A stretch of DNA of 64,000 bases from Microcaecilia unicolor (lineage: Eukaryota), in the NCBI RefSeq assembly GCF_901765095.1, contig NW_021963017.1, positions 302,253 to 366,252 of the forward strand, in the 5' to 3' direction. Of the stretch, positions 48,123 to 61,828 are shown one piece after another. Position numbers and translations under genes: made by a program. The stretch's first letter is position 1, and each line of letters opens with the position of its first letter. The notes below the pieces were generated by a model. It searched no databases. It had not been told where the DNA came from and was given only the letters and a program-made list of their open reading frames with translations.

Positions 48123-50420
48123 TTATGCTTGTACTGTGTACATAATCAGATCTCTTTCGCAATTCTGATCCTGTGTCTTGTACATTTTATCATAAAGCTT
48201 TTCGGTCACTATAACAGATCCCCATACATCATTGGAAAAAGTATTGGAGAGCTTTGCTGAGTATGGGGATTTTGCAGGATTTAAATGAAATCTGCTGAAG
48301 TCTGAGGCATTACCTTTGAGGCAACTGTGGGATGCCCTGTTCCCTTTAAAGGGACAATACAGAATCTGCCTAGGAATCCTCAGAGGCTGCCGCCTCCAAA
48401 TATATGAAAAGATTTTACTTTGAAGGCCCTTCAATCTAGTAGGATGTATCCTAACAGGAAGAGTTTGAAATAAATGCAAAAGCTTAGGAAGGGCCATCAT
48501 TTTGCACACACTGATTCTCCCCAACCAAGTATTATTAAGCCTATGCCACCTATCTAAAGCAGTAGATAATTCAGAGAGAAGCTGTCCAGAATTCAATTGA
48601 AACAAAGAAATAGGTTTGGTGGGGAGTTTTACCCCCAGGTACAAAATATACTTCTTAGCCCATCCAAAGGGAAGCTGAACCTGTAAAGCAAGGACTTCTG
48701 TTGCAGGCAAGTTTATATTCATCAATTTAGACTTAAATGGCATTCATTTTGAACCCTGGCAATATGCTATAATCTTCCAACACATCCAAAATTTGGGGGA
48801 GTGACTGCCCAGGAGATCCCACAGTAAGAAGAATATCATTGGCAAAAAGAGAAATTGTACACTCCTCCCCATCTACTCTAATCCCTTTAATGCATTTTGC
48901 CAAATAATGGCCACTAAAGGTTCCACTACCAGGGCGAACAGCGGGGAGAGAGGGCAACCCTGCCAAGTCCTTCAAGATAAACTAAATTCACTAGAATACC
49001 CCCCATTTACCCTAACTTCGGGCTCTAAGGGAGTCATATAAAGATAAAATTGTCCTTGAAATTAGGCCCAACCCCCATTAGTCAACACTTGTTGCATGAA
49101 AGCCCACTCTACTCTGTCAAAGGCTTTTTCAGCATCAACAGTGAGGAGTGTCATAGGGGTCTTTGAGGCATGAGCAAGCCAGATCAAATCTAAGGTCCTC
49201 CTAACATTGTCACCAGTAGTCCACCCTGGTATGAAACCCAACTAGTCCTCCCCCCACTAAAATGCCAATAACCAGGTTCAATCTATTGGCCAGTACTTTG
49301 ACAAGAAGCTTCACATCCTGATTCAACAGAGAGTTTGGTCTGTAGGACCCGCACAATGCAGGGTCCTTCCCCAGTTTACAGAACCGTTGTCCCTGCCACC
49401 AGCATAGAAGCAGGCAGATAGCCGCCCTTAAGAACCGAATTAAAGACTTGCATCAAAATTGTGGCCAAAGTCCCTACAAATGTTTTATAGAAAGTACCAG
49501 TCAGGCCATCCAACCCTGGCGGTTTGCCAGGTTTGAGCGAAGCAATGTCCCTTTTCACCTCCTCAACTGTATGGGCTCCTCCAAAAGAGAGCAGTGTTCC
49601 TATCAACTTAGGCAACAAAGTTGCAGGTAGGTATTGCTCAACAGCATCCATAGAACGGTATACTCCTGTGTGTACAAATTTTGATAAAAGTGGAGAAGTG
49701 CCTGTCTCATATGGTCTGAATCCCTAGTAAGGCACCCCATTCCCCCTTGAAGGTAGTTATATTTGCTTGTGTATACTTCGTTTTAATTGATGGGCCATAA
49801 ATCTGCTAGTTTTATTGCCTTCCTCAAAGTAAATTTGTTGGGCCACTTTCAGGTCAAATGATATCTTATCCGCCCACAGGTTCTGTTATTGAGCCCTCTG
49901 CTGGCCCAGCTTCTTATGGAGCTTGAAGTGGGAGATGAAAAAACCTCTGCTCATATAAAGCAATTTCACTCCTCCGTTGGCATTCAGCCTGGGCTCACTG
50001 TTTCTTAAACCTACTAGTCCACTTTACAAGATAACACCTAACGTATGCCTTAAACCCATACCTGTAAGCATTCATCATGATGTCTGGAGTTTGATTTAGA
50101 GAGAGAGAGAGATTCCTGCATTGCCTGATAAGGATTTTTCACTTCCTCTGATCCTCCGGAAGAGTCATGAGTCTGAGTCCCCTAAATGGTAAGATGCCCA
50201 AACTGGAGCATGATCAGAGCAGACAATTGCTTCAGCCTCCGTTCTGGAGACCCAAGTTCAATAAGATCATATCAAAGAAGAGGTAGTCAATGTGAGAATA
50301 ACAATTGTGAGGTGCAGAGAATAAATTATATTGAGTAGTGCTAGGATGAAGCTCCTGCCACACATCAGTCACCCCCCAAGTGAAGAGTAACATTTCGAGA
50401 GCCATCCTATCTTCCTCCAT
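48123..50420 (-). mobile_element. Degraded LINE on the minus strand, with ORF2 fragments in several frames
   Basis: The minus-strand ORFs show the C-terminal end of the endonuclease (50232-50420: SHIDYLFF), the RT N-terminus (49376-49651: KPGKPPGLDGLTGTFYKTF), the RT FADD-like core (48733-48975: LFANDILL), and a post-RT region (48123-48743: KYILYLGVKL...WLGRISVCKMMALPKLLHLFQTLP). Confidence 0.6.
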
Positions 50421-50643
50421 TAGTGAGCATTGCTGGAATTATCTAATGGTGGAAAGAGTGTAACATATAAACCCCCCCCCCCCCCCAAAAAAAAAAAAAT
50501 ATATATATATATTCAGTTGAGAAAGTTGGTGTTCCAAGTCCAAAAAAGTCCTTTTGATGTTTGTTAGATGCGCAAACAGAAACTAAATTATATTTCTGCC
50601 CATAAGTTCAACATGTAGTGCTATAAATCTATCCAAAGAATCT

Positions 50644-50858
50644 GTAATATACTCTAATACAGTGTTTTCCAAGCCCTGTCCTGGAGTACCCCTTGCCAGT
50701 CAGGTTTTCAGGATATCCACAATGAATATGCGTGAAAGAGATTTGCATATAATGGAGGCAGTGTATACAAATCAAGTTCATTCATATTCATTGTGGATAT
50801 CCTCAAAACCTGACTGGCAAGGGGTACTCCAGGACTGAACTTGGGAAACACTGCTGTA
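50644..50858. mobile_element. Hairpin MITE-like element
   Basis: The sequence cagtgttttccaagccctgtcctggagtaccccttgccagtcaggttttcaggatatccacaatgaatatg pairs with its reverse complement at 50770-50858. The flanks ctgtaata.actcta appear on both sides. Confidence 0.45.
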
Positions 50859-51924
50859 ATACTCTAGGCTAAACTCTACTAGACATACAAATGCTCATTC
50901 CTTTCTTTTTTTCTTATTGGCGTGAGAGGAGAAAAAGCAAAATGGAAAGTGCCTGTTCTGGAGGAGCCCCTCTGCACCTCTCCATAAATGTGTTTCTTGA
51001 ATAAAGCAAATATCTGCAGATAGGCAGGGTGACTCTTGAAACATACACTGTCCTTTTAAAGGGGACTTCAGCCCCTTAACATATTAATTTTAAAAGGAGT
51101 AGCTCCCATGGAAATCAGAAGGTCCAGGCCATCCAATGAACAGGCAAAAGTACCACCTTATAGTTTATTAAAACTTGCTACTTCTCAAACCGACAAAGCA
51201 ACGTACAGACTAAAAGTCAAAGGTAGGAAAGAAACTCATAATTGACAGGACAGTAACAGATAATGAAGTATGTAGAAATAAAAATAAAGATATTAGGAAG
51301 GAAGGGGGTGATGCAAAAGGTGGGCATATCAGACAAGGCAAGGATAAGACTAATGCTTGGGGTTGCTGGCACCATTTTGAATCTGGCAGAGGCAGGAGTG
51401 ACTGGAGGATCATTCCTGTGTAAACCTCAGGGAAACATCAAGGTAGGCCTGTAGGGGTGAATTTCCAGTAGGGGTCTTCAGCTGGGGGAGCCTTGAAGTC
51501 AGGGTGCTGTTGTGAGGGGGTATTACATATGGGGGGGGGGGGGGGGAGGAGGATTTGTGGTTTGGGGGAGGAGGCTGAGGGGGAAGCTTATTTTTACTGT
51601 GGCTGGCCCCTTAAGCAGTGCCCAGGAGTAAAGCCACGGGGTGAGGAATTCAAGGAAGGGAAGAGATAGGGAAGAAGCTGGATATGAGGAGGGACAGGGA
51701 CACAAGGAGAGGGATAAGGACACATAGGAAGTATGGTGAATATGGAGGGAGAATAGGGACAGTGAGAGGGCAGATGCTGAACATGGTGGGAAGTTAGAGA
51801 CAGAGAGACATAAGGAAGACAGTGGACAAGAAGGATAGGGGGATGGGGAAGATGAATGGTGGACATAGATAAGAAATGTCAAAAGGACAGGACATCCTGG
51901 AAAAGGAAAAAACAAAGCAAAGCA

Positions 51925-52112
51925 GAGTGGAGGAGTGGTCTAGTGGTTAGGGTGGTGGACTTTGGTCCTGGGGAACTGAGGAACTGAGTTCGATTCCCGG
52001 CACAGGCAGCTCCTTGTGACTGGGCAAGTCACTTAACCCTCCATTGCCTGCCGCATTGAGCCTGCCATGAGTGGGAAAGCACGGGGTACAAATGTAACAA
52101 AAATAAAATAAA
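51925..52112 (+). mobile_element. tRNA-derived SINE
   Basis: It is near-identical to the copy at 6627-6812. Confidence 0.6.
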
Positions 52113-52639
52113 CTGAGGTGAAAGCAATGCTCAGACAATAAAGCTAGAAAAAACATTTTCTGCATTTATTAATTGGAATATGTCACCTTTGGGGAATGTG
52201 TATCTATGATATCTTGATTTGGATTTGCTATGACGGATTTTCTTTATAGGGTTTATTTACTGGCGCTCTGAAGGTATTCCTCCCCTCTCATTTACCCCCC
52301 GCCCCCCCCCCCCCCATTTACTAAGCTGCGCAGCAGTGCCACATTAGTGCGTGGCTTTAGTAAATGAGGGTTAATGAGATAGCTAATTAAATGGGTGGGA
52401 CATTTTTGAAGGCAGGAAAAAAAGATGCTAGTACTCCATACCAGTGTGTGCCTGCTGGAAAAAGAAGCCTGTTTATTTCACTAAAACTCAGCATAAAACC
52501 AAAATGTTGCACTTTTAACAAAGCGTGTTGCTTTAGATTGTAAGTATTCATAGTTTCATTGTAATATACTTACAAAATCTTTCCAGTATCAAATAGCCTT
52601 GAAACCTCTATTCTTGTAATGAGTTTGCTTTTGAACTAG

Positions 52640-52822
52640 GGTTCCGAGATAACGCCACAGCCTGACATTCCAAACATTAAAGAACTTATAGCCAAAGAAG
52701 ATATAGATCTCCTGCCTTATATGGACTGGGAAATGAATGCTAATAAATACGGGAACTTGGCAAATGATTTATGTGTTAAAGACGACTCTCTGGATGGATT
52801 TGATGACAACTTCTTTACAGAG
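52640..52822 (+). CDS. PARP4: PARP4 exon
   Basis: It translates to GSEITPQPDIPNIKELIAKEDIDLLPYMDWEMNANKYGNLANDLCVKDDSLDGFDDNFFTE, matching the human ...PFPDIPKVSELIAKEDVDFLPYMSW.... The junctions are aactag| and gag|gtaaat. Confidence 0.8.
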
Positions 52823-53788
52823 GTAAATATATGTTGAAGTATGTTTATTAAAGATAATTCAGAACAAGTACTAGTAATGTGCAATATTCCCAAAATTTTG
52901 CTACAGCCTTAAAAGAGGTAGTCTTCCAAGAACAGCAAGATAAATCTGAGAAAATAAGTGATCATAATATCTATAATCCTCCCATTCTTACATCCACTAT
53001 CCTTGTCCCACCCCGTCCCCCCTCAAGTCATTCATCCCTCTATACCCCTTGGCAGTGCGGGATCTGTCAATTAGATGATACACTAGTCCATATTTAAGAT
53101 TATGCTGCCGCATGCGTTCCACATCAATCAATGAGTTTTAACTACTGCAGCAATTTGTTTTTATGATATACGTAGAAATAAAGGTAATGTTTGGGCATTT
53201 ACTTACCTGAAGCCTTTGACCACCACCCATCCCTGATGATTCCAGTTTAAAGCTTTCTTCATTAAGTTAGCCCCTCTGTTCTGGAGATGCTTCACCCTTT
53301 CTTTGATAAGTTGACAGCATCTCCTTGGGATATCATGCTGTCATCAGCGGAGCCATGCATTTATCTCAATAATGTGAGCTTTGCTGCCTCAGTCTGTATC
53401 ATCTTAGAAATATTTGGTAGTCTTGAGTCTTTCCTCATATAGCTTCATTTACACCTGAAAATGACTTTCTCAAATTACCCCTGGAAAGTGCTTTATAAAT
53501 TGCACCCACTTTGTTGATTTATTTGATAGTTTAATTGTAAACTGCTTAGCTGTCTTTGACATGAGTGGTACATAAAGCGAATAAATCAAATCAAAGGAAT
53601 ATTAGGAGAGAAATGTAGAATAGTCATAGTTTTTCAGAGTACAAGTTCAGGCACAATGTGATTTATAAATTAATATATTTAATGAAGAAAGGTATCCCAT
53701 TATATAATCAGAGTTTCTGTTCCTTACAGAGAAAGTATTTATATTCTGGATTTCTGTTAATGTCTGTTCTCCTAATTTGTCTCACTAG

Positions 53789-54506
53789 GATTATGAAGAT
53801 TCAGATGCAATGTCACTTGGAATATCAGATGAAAGCTTCGTGTTTACACGTGGCCTAGTAAACAGTCCAGCGCCACTTATTTTGGATGATATGTTGCAAT
53901 CAGCAGCCTTTCCTCCCTCTGTTAGTTCTCCTTTTTCCTCCTCCTCCTCCTCCTGGTCTTCCACTAATCCGTCCAATTTGTTTAGCAGCCTCTCCTCCCT
54001 GTTCTGGTTCTTCTGCTGCTGCTGCTCCTCCTCCTCCTCCTCTTCCTCCCTGTGCTGGTTCTCATGTTGTTGCTGCTCCTGCTCCTCCCTGTCCTGGTGC
54101 TCCTGCTGCTCCTCCTCCTCCTCCTCTTCCTCCCTGTGCTGGTTCTCCTGTTGCTGCTGCTGCTGCTCCTGCTCCTCCCTGTCCTGGTGCTCCTGCTGCT
54201 CCTCTTCCCCTTCCCTCTCTTGATCTTCCTAAATTTATGGTGGCTCCTCCTCCTCCTCCTCCTTTTCCTCTTCTTTCTCTTGATCTTCCTAAATTTATGG
54301 TGGCAGAAAGTGACAAGATGCCTGAATTTCCAGAAGTGTCATTTTCCTCAAAAAAGAAAATACGGAAATATGTTCAGTTGCCATCTGAATATCAAGTTTC
54401 CAAGTCCAGTGATTTTGATAAGGAGTCAAATTTCTCTGCTCCTCCGCCTCTTCCTGCACATCTTGTTTTGCCTGGCTCGAAAACTAAACATACTAGTCTA
54501 CGAATG
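53789..54506 (+). CDS. PARP4: Large PARP4 exon containing a CT-rich coding tandem repeat that encodes a Pro/Ala-rich low-complexity tract. Its start and end are in different reading frames.
   Basis: The acceptor ctcactag| gives DYEDSDAMSLGISDESFVFTRGLVNSPAPLILDDMLQ... in frame 2. The donor cgaatg|gtaaga closes ...KFMVAESDKMPEFPEVSFSSKKKIRKYVQLPSEYQVSKSSDFDKESNFSAPPPLPAHLVLPGSKTKHTSLRM in frame 0. The exon length of 718 nt is not a multiple of 3. Confidence 0.6.
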
Positions 54507-55780
54507 GTAAGATGCTTAATTTCTGATAGTTTTACTTGAAATTCTTTTCAGCTTAAATGTTGGTCTCATTAGGGATCTAGTGTATCAAGTACCATCGAAG
54601 TGCAGTGATTAATGCTTGACAGAATGTTTTCTTGCCACAGTTAGCAAGCCTATAGGGGGAATGATTGAATAATCTACTGTGTTTCAAGCTACATGTACAC
54701 TTTTACACACGTGTATCTTGTAGCTGGTTTTCAGAGCATGGCCATCTGAATACTTTGCACCTGCTTGGACAAGACCCCCCTAGCAGTAGTAGCTTGATAC
54801 TGCCACTAGGGGCACCATTTTGAGGGCGGTGCTGGACAGGCCAGGAGTGACTGGGCATCACTTCCTATTTTTATATTGCTAATTTGCTGTTGTAGGGTTT
54901 TTATGTTTATGTAAATCATTTGCTCTTTATTGCAAACCTTTCTAAAGCCAAATGGACCAGATGGTGTATGAATACCGTCCCTCCTGATATTCAGCACTAT
55001 TTAACCAGTCAGAAGCGGCAGCTGACCGGTTAAATACTGTTTGTTGGTTAATCCTGTATATTCAGCAGGAGATAACCAGTTATCTCCACTGAATATTCGC
55101 AGTTAGTGCCTACCACTAAACTGGCTATGTCGCGCGATTTATCCAGTTAGGCATGGATATTCAGTTCCAGACTGGATAAGATTAGCAGTTAAATTGGGCC
55201 ATGTAGATAGCAGTTTAACCGCTATGACTTAACCTGAATATCGGCTTAACTGTTTGTGTTTAGCACCCCAAAACCCCCTCGGATATTTAATGCAAGTCAT
55301 TGGAAACTGTCTGGAATTGAATAATCTGGGTTTAACACCAGCTTGTTTATTATTATTGTTTTTTTCAGGGAGGGGGGGATAGTGACTTCTAACTCAGAAG
55401 CCAGCATTTTGTAGGTGTAGTTGGGATTATTTTTCCCTATGTGCATCACTTTGCACTTGTCCACTATCTTCTACTGTTTTAACAAATTTTGAGTAGTTTT
55501 TTCATTTGAAAATTTTATCACCTCACTTGTCATTCTTTTCTCCAGGTAATTTATAAGTACATTGAACAACACAGGTCCCAATGGAGACGCTTGAGCCACT
55601 CCATTAGTGACAACCATTTGGAAAATTGACCATTTAGTCCTCGTTTCCTGTCTTTTAGCCAAATTCCAATCCACAATAGGGCATTGACTTCTATCCCATG
55701 ACTTTATACTTTCCTGAGGAGTCTTTCATGAAAGAGTTTGACAAATGACGTCTGAAAATTGAGCATACACCTTGGGGCTC

Positions 55781-56832
55781 GTTTTCAAAAGAGAAAACAG
55801 TCTAAAAAGTGGCATAAAGCAGCATTTGAATGTTTTTCTCGTCAAAATGTCCAAATTGGTATTTTCAAAACCCATTTGCCAGACGTTTTTCTATGCTGTT
55901 TGTTTGCAGTGGGTGCTAATCTCAAGAGGGCGTGTTAAGGGCGGGATTTAGGTGTTCCTAAGACTTGGACGTTTTTCAGCCATAATGGAACAAAACGAAA
56001 AATGTCTAGGACTAAAATTAAGACGTTTTGAGCTAGACCCGTTTTAATAACTAAGCCACAAAAAAGTGCCCCAAATGACCAGATGACCCCCAAGAGGAAT
56101 AAAGGAATGACCCCCCTTACTCCCCTGTGGCTACTAACCCCTCCCACTGGAGGAATAAAGGAATTACCCCTCCCTTACTCTGCCTGTGGTCACTGACCCC
56201 CTCCCACCTCCCCAAAGATGTGAAAGAGACGGTACATATCAGCCTCCATGACAGCCTCAGACATTATGGCCAGTTCTATTCAAGCAGCAAGCAGGTCCCT
56301 GCAGTAGCCTAGTGGTCTGTGCAGTGCACTGTGGAGAAGGAGACCTAGGCCCATAACTCACTCTGTTATACTTGTTGTGGAATGTGTAAGCCTTCAAAAC
56401 CTACCAAACAACTACTATACCCACATATAGGTGACCCTGCAGTCATAAGGGCTATTGTTGTGGTGTACAGTAGATATAGGGAGCAACGGTGAGATGTGTA
56501 CCTGGAAGCTTTTATGTGGTCTACTGCAGTGCCCCCTAGGGTGCCCCACTACTCTGCTGGGATGTTTGTGTGGCCAATCTACTAAGAATGCTGGCTTCTT
56601 CATCCCAATGGCTTGATTTTGTGTGGTTTTTACTTGGAAGGGTTTTTTTTTTTTTTTTTGGAAAATAGATCAAAAAGATAAACACGCAGAGCACAAAAAC
56701 ATCTATCAAATGGCCATTTTTGAAAAAAAAGGTTAAACGTTTTGCTGTTTCAAATATCACTATATTTGCTATTCAATGAGCAAAACGTCCAAAATCAAAC
56801 TTAGATGTCATATCTAAATTGCCCCTCCACGT
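55781..56832 (+). repeat. Unclassified composite interspersed repeat, copy R2 (more divergent)
   Basis: It is collinear with R1 and R3, sharing the motifs caaaaagtgcccca.atg.ccagatgac, ccatgacagc, ggtccctg.ag, tagggtgccc and the end gcccctccacgt. Confidence 0.45.
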
Positions 56833-59682
56833 TGGCCTACTTGCCCTTTTACAGTTTATTACACCTTAAAAAAATTAAAATTAATTGGAAAAGGCAATAT
56901 TTGCCTTTGCTAAACCCATGCTTTCTCTTTCCCATTAAGCTTTGAGAAGGTCCCAAGCAACAGTGACTAGTTGAAAGTTGCATGCATGCACAGTGTGCTT
57001 CTCAAAAGTGTATTGAAATAGTCTTAAGCTGAGGAGTAGAGAATGACCCTAGGATAGCATTTGGCCCCACCCTGTCCCCACGAGCTCTCTCCCCCATAAG
57101 CTCTCTCCCCTGTTCCCCGCTTCATTCTTGCAAGCTCTGTTTTTTCCCAGCTTCACACACCTCGAACAGTTATGATTTTATATTTAAATCATTTTCTTAA
57201 AGTATAAAAGAAACAACATTCTGTACAACTGTCATTTTATAAATCACAAACAATACAGAACAGGGATCAACAAAACCCCATCTGCCCTTCTCCCCACAAA
57301 TATGCCCTCCACTATCAGGAAAACTGAACAGTAAAATTACTGCAGAATGCTACATAGAAAATTCATGCTAAACAGAATACCTCGATCACACACACATAGA
57401 ACACAAATGCCAAATACATAATAGCTGACCAAAAATGATAAACATGTAGTAAACCAAAACCCCAAGAAGCCACACCAAAGAAACTTAAACATTTCCTCCT
57501 GTACTGTGCAAAATTTAAAGATCACGCATGCCAGGGATGGTGTTAGGTGAGTGTAACTAGGACTACTGCCTCCTGGCCAGAGAAGCCCTAAGCCTGCTGG
57601 AAACTGGTAGTGAGCTTTGGGTTCCCCTCCCAAATTTCTGCCCTGGGCCCCAGCCATGTCTAAAACTAGCTCTGGCAGGATACACATTTCAAATCTGATG
57701 TATTCTAGTCATATAATAGAAAATCAATTTTTTTTATACCTTTTGTTGTCTGGTCATTTTATTTTTCAAATCATGTTGGTCCCAGGCTCTGGTTTCTGTT
57801 TCCCTCTGTCTTCTAACATGCTCACCAGGGTTTCCTGCCCATTTGAAAATTTGAAATTATCTTCTTTCTTCATGCTCACCATCCATCTTCCATCTCTGTG
57901 AAACTATCTTTCCCCATGTTCAGCATCTCCTTTCTCTGTGTCCCCTATATTGCCTTGTCTAGCATCTCCGTGTCCATCTCCCCACAGGAAGTTTCATCGG
58001 AAGGTGAGAGCTAGAAGAGGGAGGTCCTGGACTAGGCCTGTGGGAATCCTCCTCGTGGTTGCATAAGAGAGAGATGCGGCAGGGATGGGGAGGGAGGAAG
58101 GAAGGAAGGAAGACAGACAGAGATTGTGGACCCGTGGTAATCGTTTTTCTTTTTTACTGCTCCTGTAGAACAGTAAAACGCTTTTCTCCCGCACCTGCGG
58201 TAAATTTATTTTGTTACCATGGATTTACTGAGAAGGCTTCTCCATGTGAGCTCTGTCAGTTGATGTTACCCATCTGTAAGGACAGTATCCAAAGAACTCC
58301 TGTTACAGATAATTAGCTTGGTTCTCAGTGGTGGCAAAAAAGTGTTACTTTCTGGAAAGTTGTACCTGTCCTTTTGTATATAGTTGGATAAATGTTAGAA
58401 ATTTAAGGAGATGGAAAGGATCACAGCAGATACATTAGACATGTTGTATATATAGGCAGACCAATTAGGTATTTTGAGTATTGATATGTCTATTACCTCA
58501 GATGGTCTTGTAAAATTGTAGTGTTTTCTTATAAACCTGTCTGATAGTGATGATGGTGATGCAAATATAAGATCCAAACCGTGTATATTTTTTTTCAGCA
58601 CAACATCCAGTGGGTCCAGAAGTAATTCCACTGTAACTCTTATTAAATTATTACCTGATGTGATCCACGTTTCGCCCACTTATGGGCTGATTCAGGGGTA
58701 TTATACTACAAACAAATGAGAAAACAAAAGACATAAAACACAGCACTTCATTTGAAATACAAATAAAAAAAAAAATATATTATAATGTGAGGGAATCAGA
58801 AAAGTATATGTGCACTTACAACACAGAGGACGATAAATTGCAGCACTTATGCAAAGCTACAAAAATGCACACGTGATAAATGGTATTCATAAAAGAAGTG
58901 CTATATAAGCATATGGACTAGTCTGTGCGGTGCATAAAAGGTGTGCAAATGTACAAAAATTCAGTGAGTGTGACCATCAGTTCTCTTCATATTAGTGGAG
59001 ACAAGCCATCTATAGTGCATCATATGAGACTGAATGTGCAAAGCAAAGTGATATGCTCTAAAGCAGGAGTACTTAAGCCATTACGTACAAATATTGGGAG
59101 TGTTCAAGAAATCACAATCCCAGAGCCAAATGCGGAAAATGCTCAGCACAACTGAAGAAGCAAATGCAAAAATGTTACATTTCATTGATCAAAACATAAA
59201 TCTATATAAACATAAGATACACACTTGGTGGCTCTTTTGCTGCCAAGCAACAATGGTTACCAAACTTTTAATCTTAAAGCCAGCAAGTGTGTAAATTAAA
59301 TTTATAAAGATTCATGTTTTGATCAATGAAATGTAACATTTGCTCGTTTCTAATCTAGAGAAGAAAGGTTACCTACGAAAACTAATAAAAAAATGTATTG
59401 TTAGTCCAATAAAAAAGGTATCATCTTATTTCATTTTCTATGTTTTATTTTATTTCTGTTTATTACATGTAAGTGAATAAGTCCTATCCAAACTCCCTGC
59501 ACTCTTATTATATGGTGGTGCTGCTGGCGGAGTGTGGTGGTGGGAGGGAGGGCATGATCTATGATTGGAGTGTTGGCAGCAGGTCAGTTCAATATCAGCT
59601 AAAATCACTACTAAGCCCAACTTTACATTGTTTTACTACTGTTTATTAAAATTCTATTAACTTTGTATTTCAAATTACTATC

Positions 59683-60988
59683 AGCTTATTTTCGAAAGAG
59701 AAAACGCCTATAGTGCGACCTAAATCGGGAGATAGACGTTTGTCTCGCAAAGGCGCCCAAATCGGTATAATCGAAAGCCGATTTGGGGCGTTTCCAACTG
59801 CACTCCGTTGCGGAAACGAATAAAGTTGATGGGGGCGTGTCGGAGGCGTGGTGGAGGTGGAACTGGGCGTGGTTATCAGCCGAGGAGAGATGGGTGTCTT
59901 TAGCTGATAATCGAAAAAAAAAAAGGCGTTTTTACCGCAATTTTGGGTCACTTTTTTTGGACCCTTTTTTTTCATGAACAAGTCCCAAAAAAGTGCTCCA
60001 ACTGCCCAGATGACCACTGGAGGGAATCGGGGATGACCTCCCCAGACTCCCCCAGTGGTCACTAACCCCCTCCCACCAAAAAAACCCCACTTTAAAAACT
60101 TTTTTCCAGCCTGTATGCCAGCCTCAATGCCGTACCCACCTCCATGACAGCAGAATGTGTTTGATCCTGTCACAGCCTTTCCCTGAGTCAGATGTGGCTC
60201 TCAGGTGCAGTACAGGGTCACATCAGCATTGCATTGTGGTGGGTGTACAGCATTCTGCCAGCTCTGACCCACTGCTCATCTCAGTACCAGGGAGACTCGT
60301 TGCCAGTGGGGCACAACCTCTGATCTGCAGTTAACTGTGAGTAAATGTGGTTATTCCAATAAAGGACATTTTTGGAGAGATTAGTCTTCAGGTGTCAACT
60401 GGTGTGCCAATGTTATATAGCAGCAACCAGTCCTAGAGGCCTGCGTGTATGCAGGTCCCTGGAGCACTTTTAGTGGGTACCGCAGTGCACTTCAACAGGT
60501 GGCCCCAGGCCCATCCCCCCCTACCTGTAACACTTGTGCTGGTAAATGGGAGGCCTCCAAAACCCACTGTACCCACATGTAGGTGCCCCCTTCACCCCTA
60601 AGAGCTATGGTAGTGTTGTACATTTGTGGGTAGTGGGTTTTGGGGGAGGGGGGTTGGGAGCTCAACACCCGTGGTAAGGGAGTTATGCATGTGGGAGCTT
60701 TTTCTGAAGTCCACCACACTGACCTCTAGGGTGCCCAGTTGGTGTCCTGGCATATCAGGGGGGCCAGTGTACTACCAATCCTGGCCCCTCCCACGACCAA
60801 ATGGCTCGGATTAGGACGTTTTTGAGCTGGGCGTTTTTAGTTTCCATTATCGCTAAAAAAACAAAAGCCCAGCTCAAAAACGTCCATTTTTTTCGAAAAT
60901 ACGGTTCGGCCCGCCCCTTCACAGACCCGTTCTCGGAGATAAACGCCCATGGAGATAGGCGTTTCCGTTCGATTATGCCCCTCCACGT
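59683..60988 (+). repeat. Unclassified composite interspersed repeat, copy R3, directly followed by a SINE 3' tail at 60988-61045
   Basis: It starts cagcttattttcgaaagag and ends gattatgcccctccacgt. Its part A (59683-60140) and part B (60440-60988) match R1. Confidence 0.5.
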
Positions 60989-61192
60989 AAGCCGCATTGA
61001 GCCTGCATTATGTGGGAAAGCGCGGGGTACAAATGTATTAATAATAATAATATACCAATTAATTAAAATCCACCCCAGCACTTATCCACACATTATGTAA
61101 AAGTGTCTTTTGGAGTATTTCCATGAAGAATGATGTGCTGTTAACATGTATTCTTTGAGTCAACATGGCAGCATTTTTGTTTGTAATACTAG

Positions 61193-61328
61193 AAAGCAGT
61201 TACTACTGATGAAGAAGCATCTCAAGTCGGTATAAAAAGCTTCCAGGAACCACAGGATTTAGATGTAGCTGCATCTTATTCTTTCACGTCTGCTATATGT
61301 AACAAGAAGCTACAAACTGCTGGAGCAA
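61193..61328 (+). CDS. Candidate downstream PARP4 exon. Its assignment to PARP4 is not verified.
   Basis: An open frame reads KAVTTDEEASQVGIKSFQEPQDLDVAASYSFTSAICNKKLQTAGA. It is bounded by tactag| and a|gtaagt. Its composition is acidic and exon-like, but I have no direct homology anchor for it. Confidence 0.3.
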
Positions 61329-61828
61329 GTAAGTACTGGTCTAAATTCTAACAATATTATTGTGTTAGAAATTCTGTTGACAGTTATATGACAAAGATCT
61401 TTGTCTCTATCACAGGATCTCAAGAATGTTAATCTTTTAGATACATTAACTAACTTGAATCAATACCACTACCAACTGTATACACATCAAGGAACTTGAA
61501 ATAGTGTCCAAATGCATTGTATCGTAGATCAAATGTTTCATTTTGTGAATTATAAACAATGCACAGGTATGTCATAAATACAAGTCATACTGATTTTGTA
61601 GTTGGGTGAGGATCCTGTCCCAAAGTGCTTACCATTTAACTAGGAAGAAAGGGTGACATACAAAAGATGGTTTTAAGAGTAGTACCTTGAGCACAAAGGT
61701 GGGTTTTCTAGAGGTTATTAGAATGCTTGTTTGAAGAAGCATTTTTTCAGATAGGACTTCCCATGAGGGGCTTCTTGCATATTGTAAAAGAGAGAAAATT
61801 TAGAAGGTATTTTGAGTATTGATATGTC

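Noticed and set aside
54052-54510. A Leu-rich 152-aa ORF and an antisense Gly/Ala-rich ORF at 54062-54316
   Set aside because: They are alternative-frame and antisense readings of the CT-rich PARP4 coding repeat.
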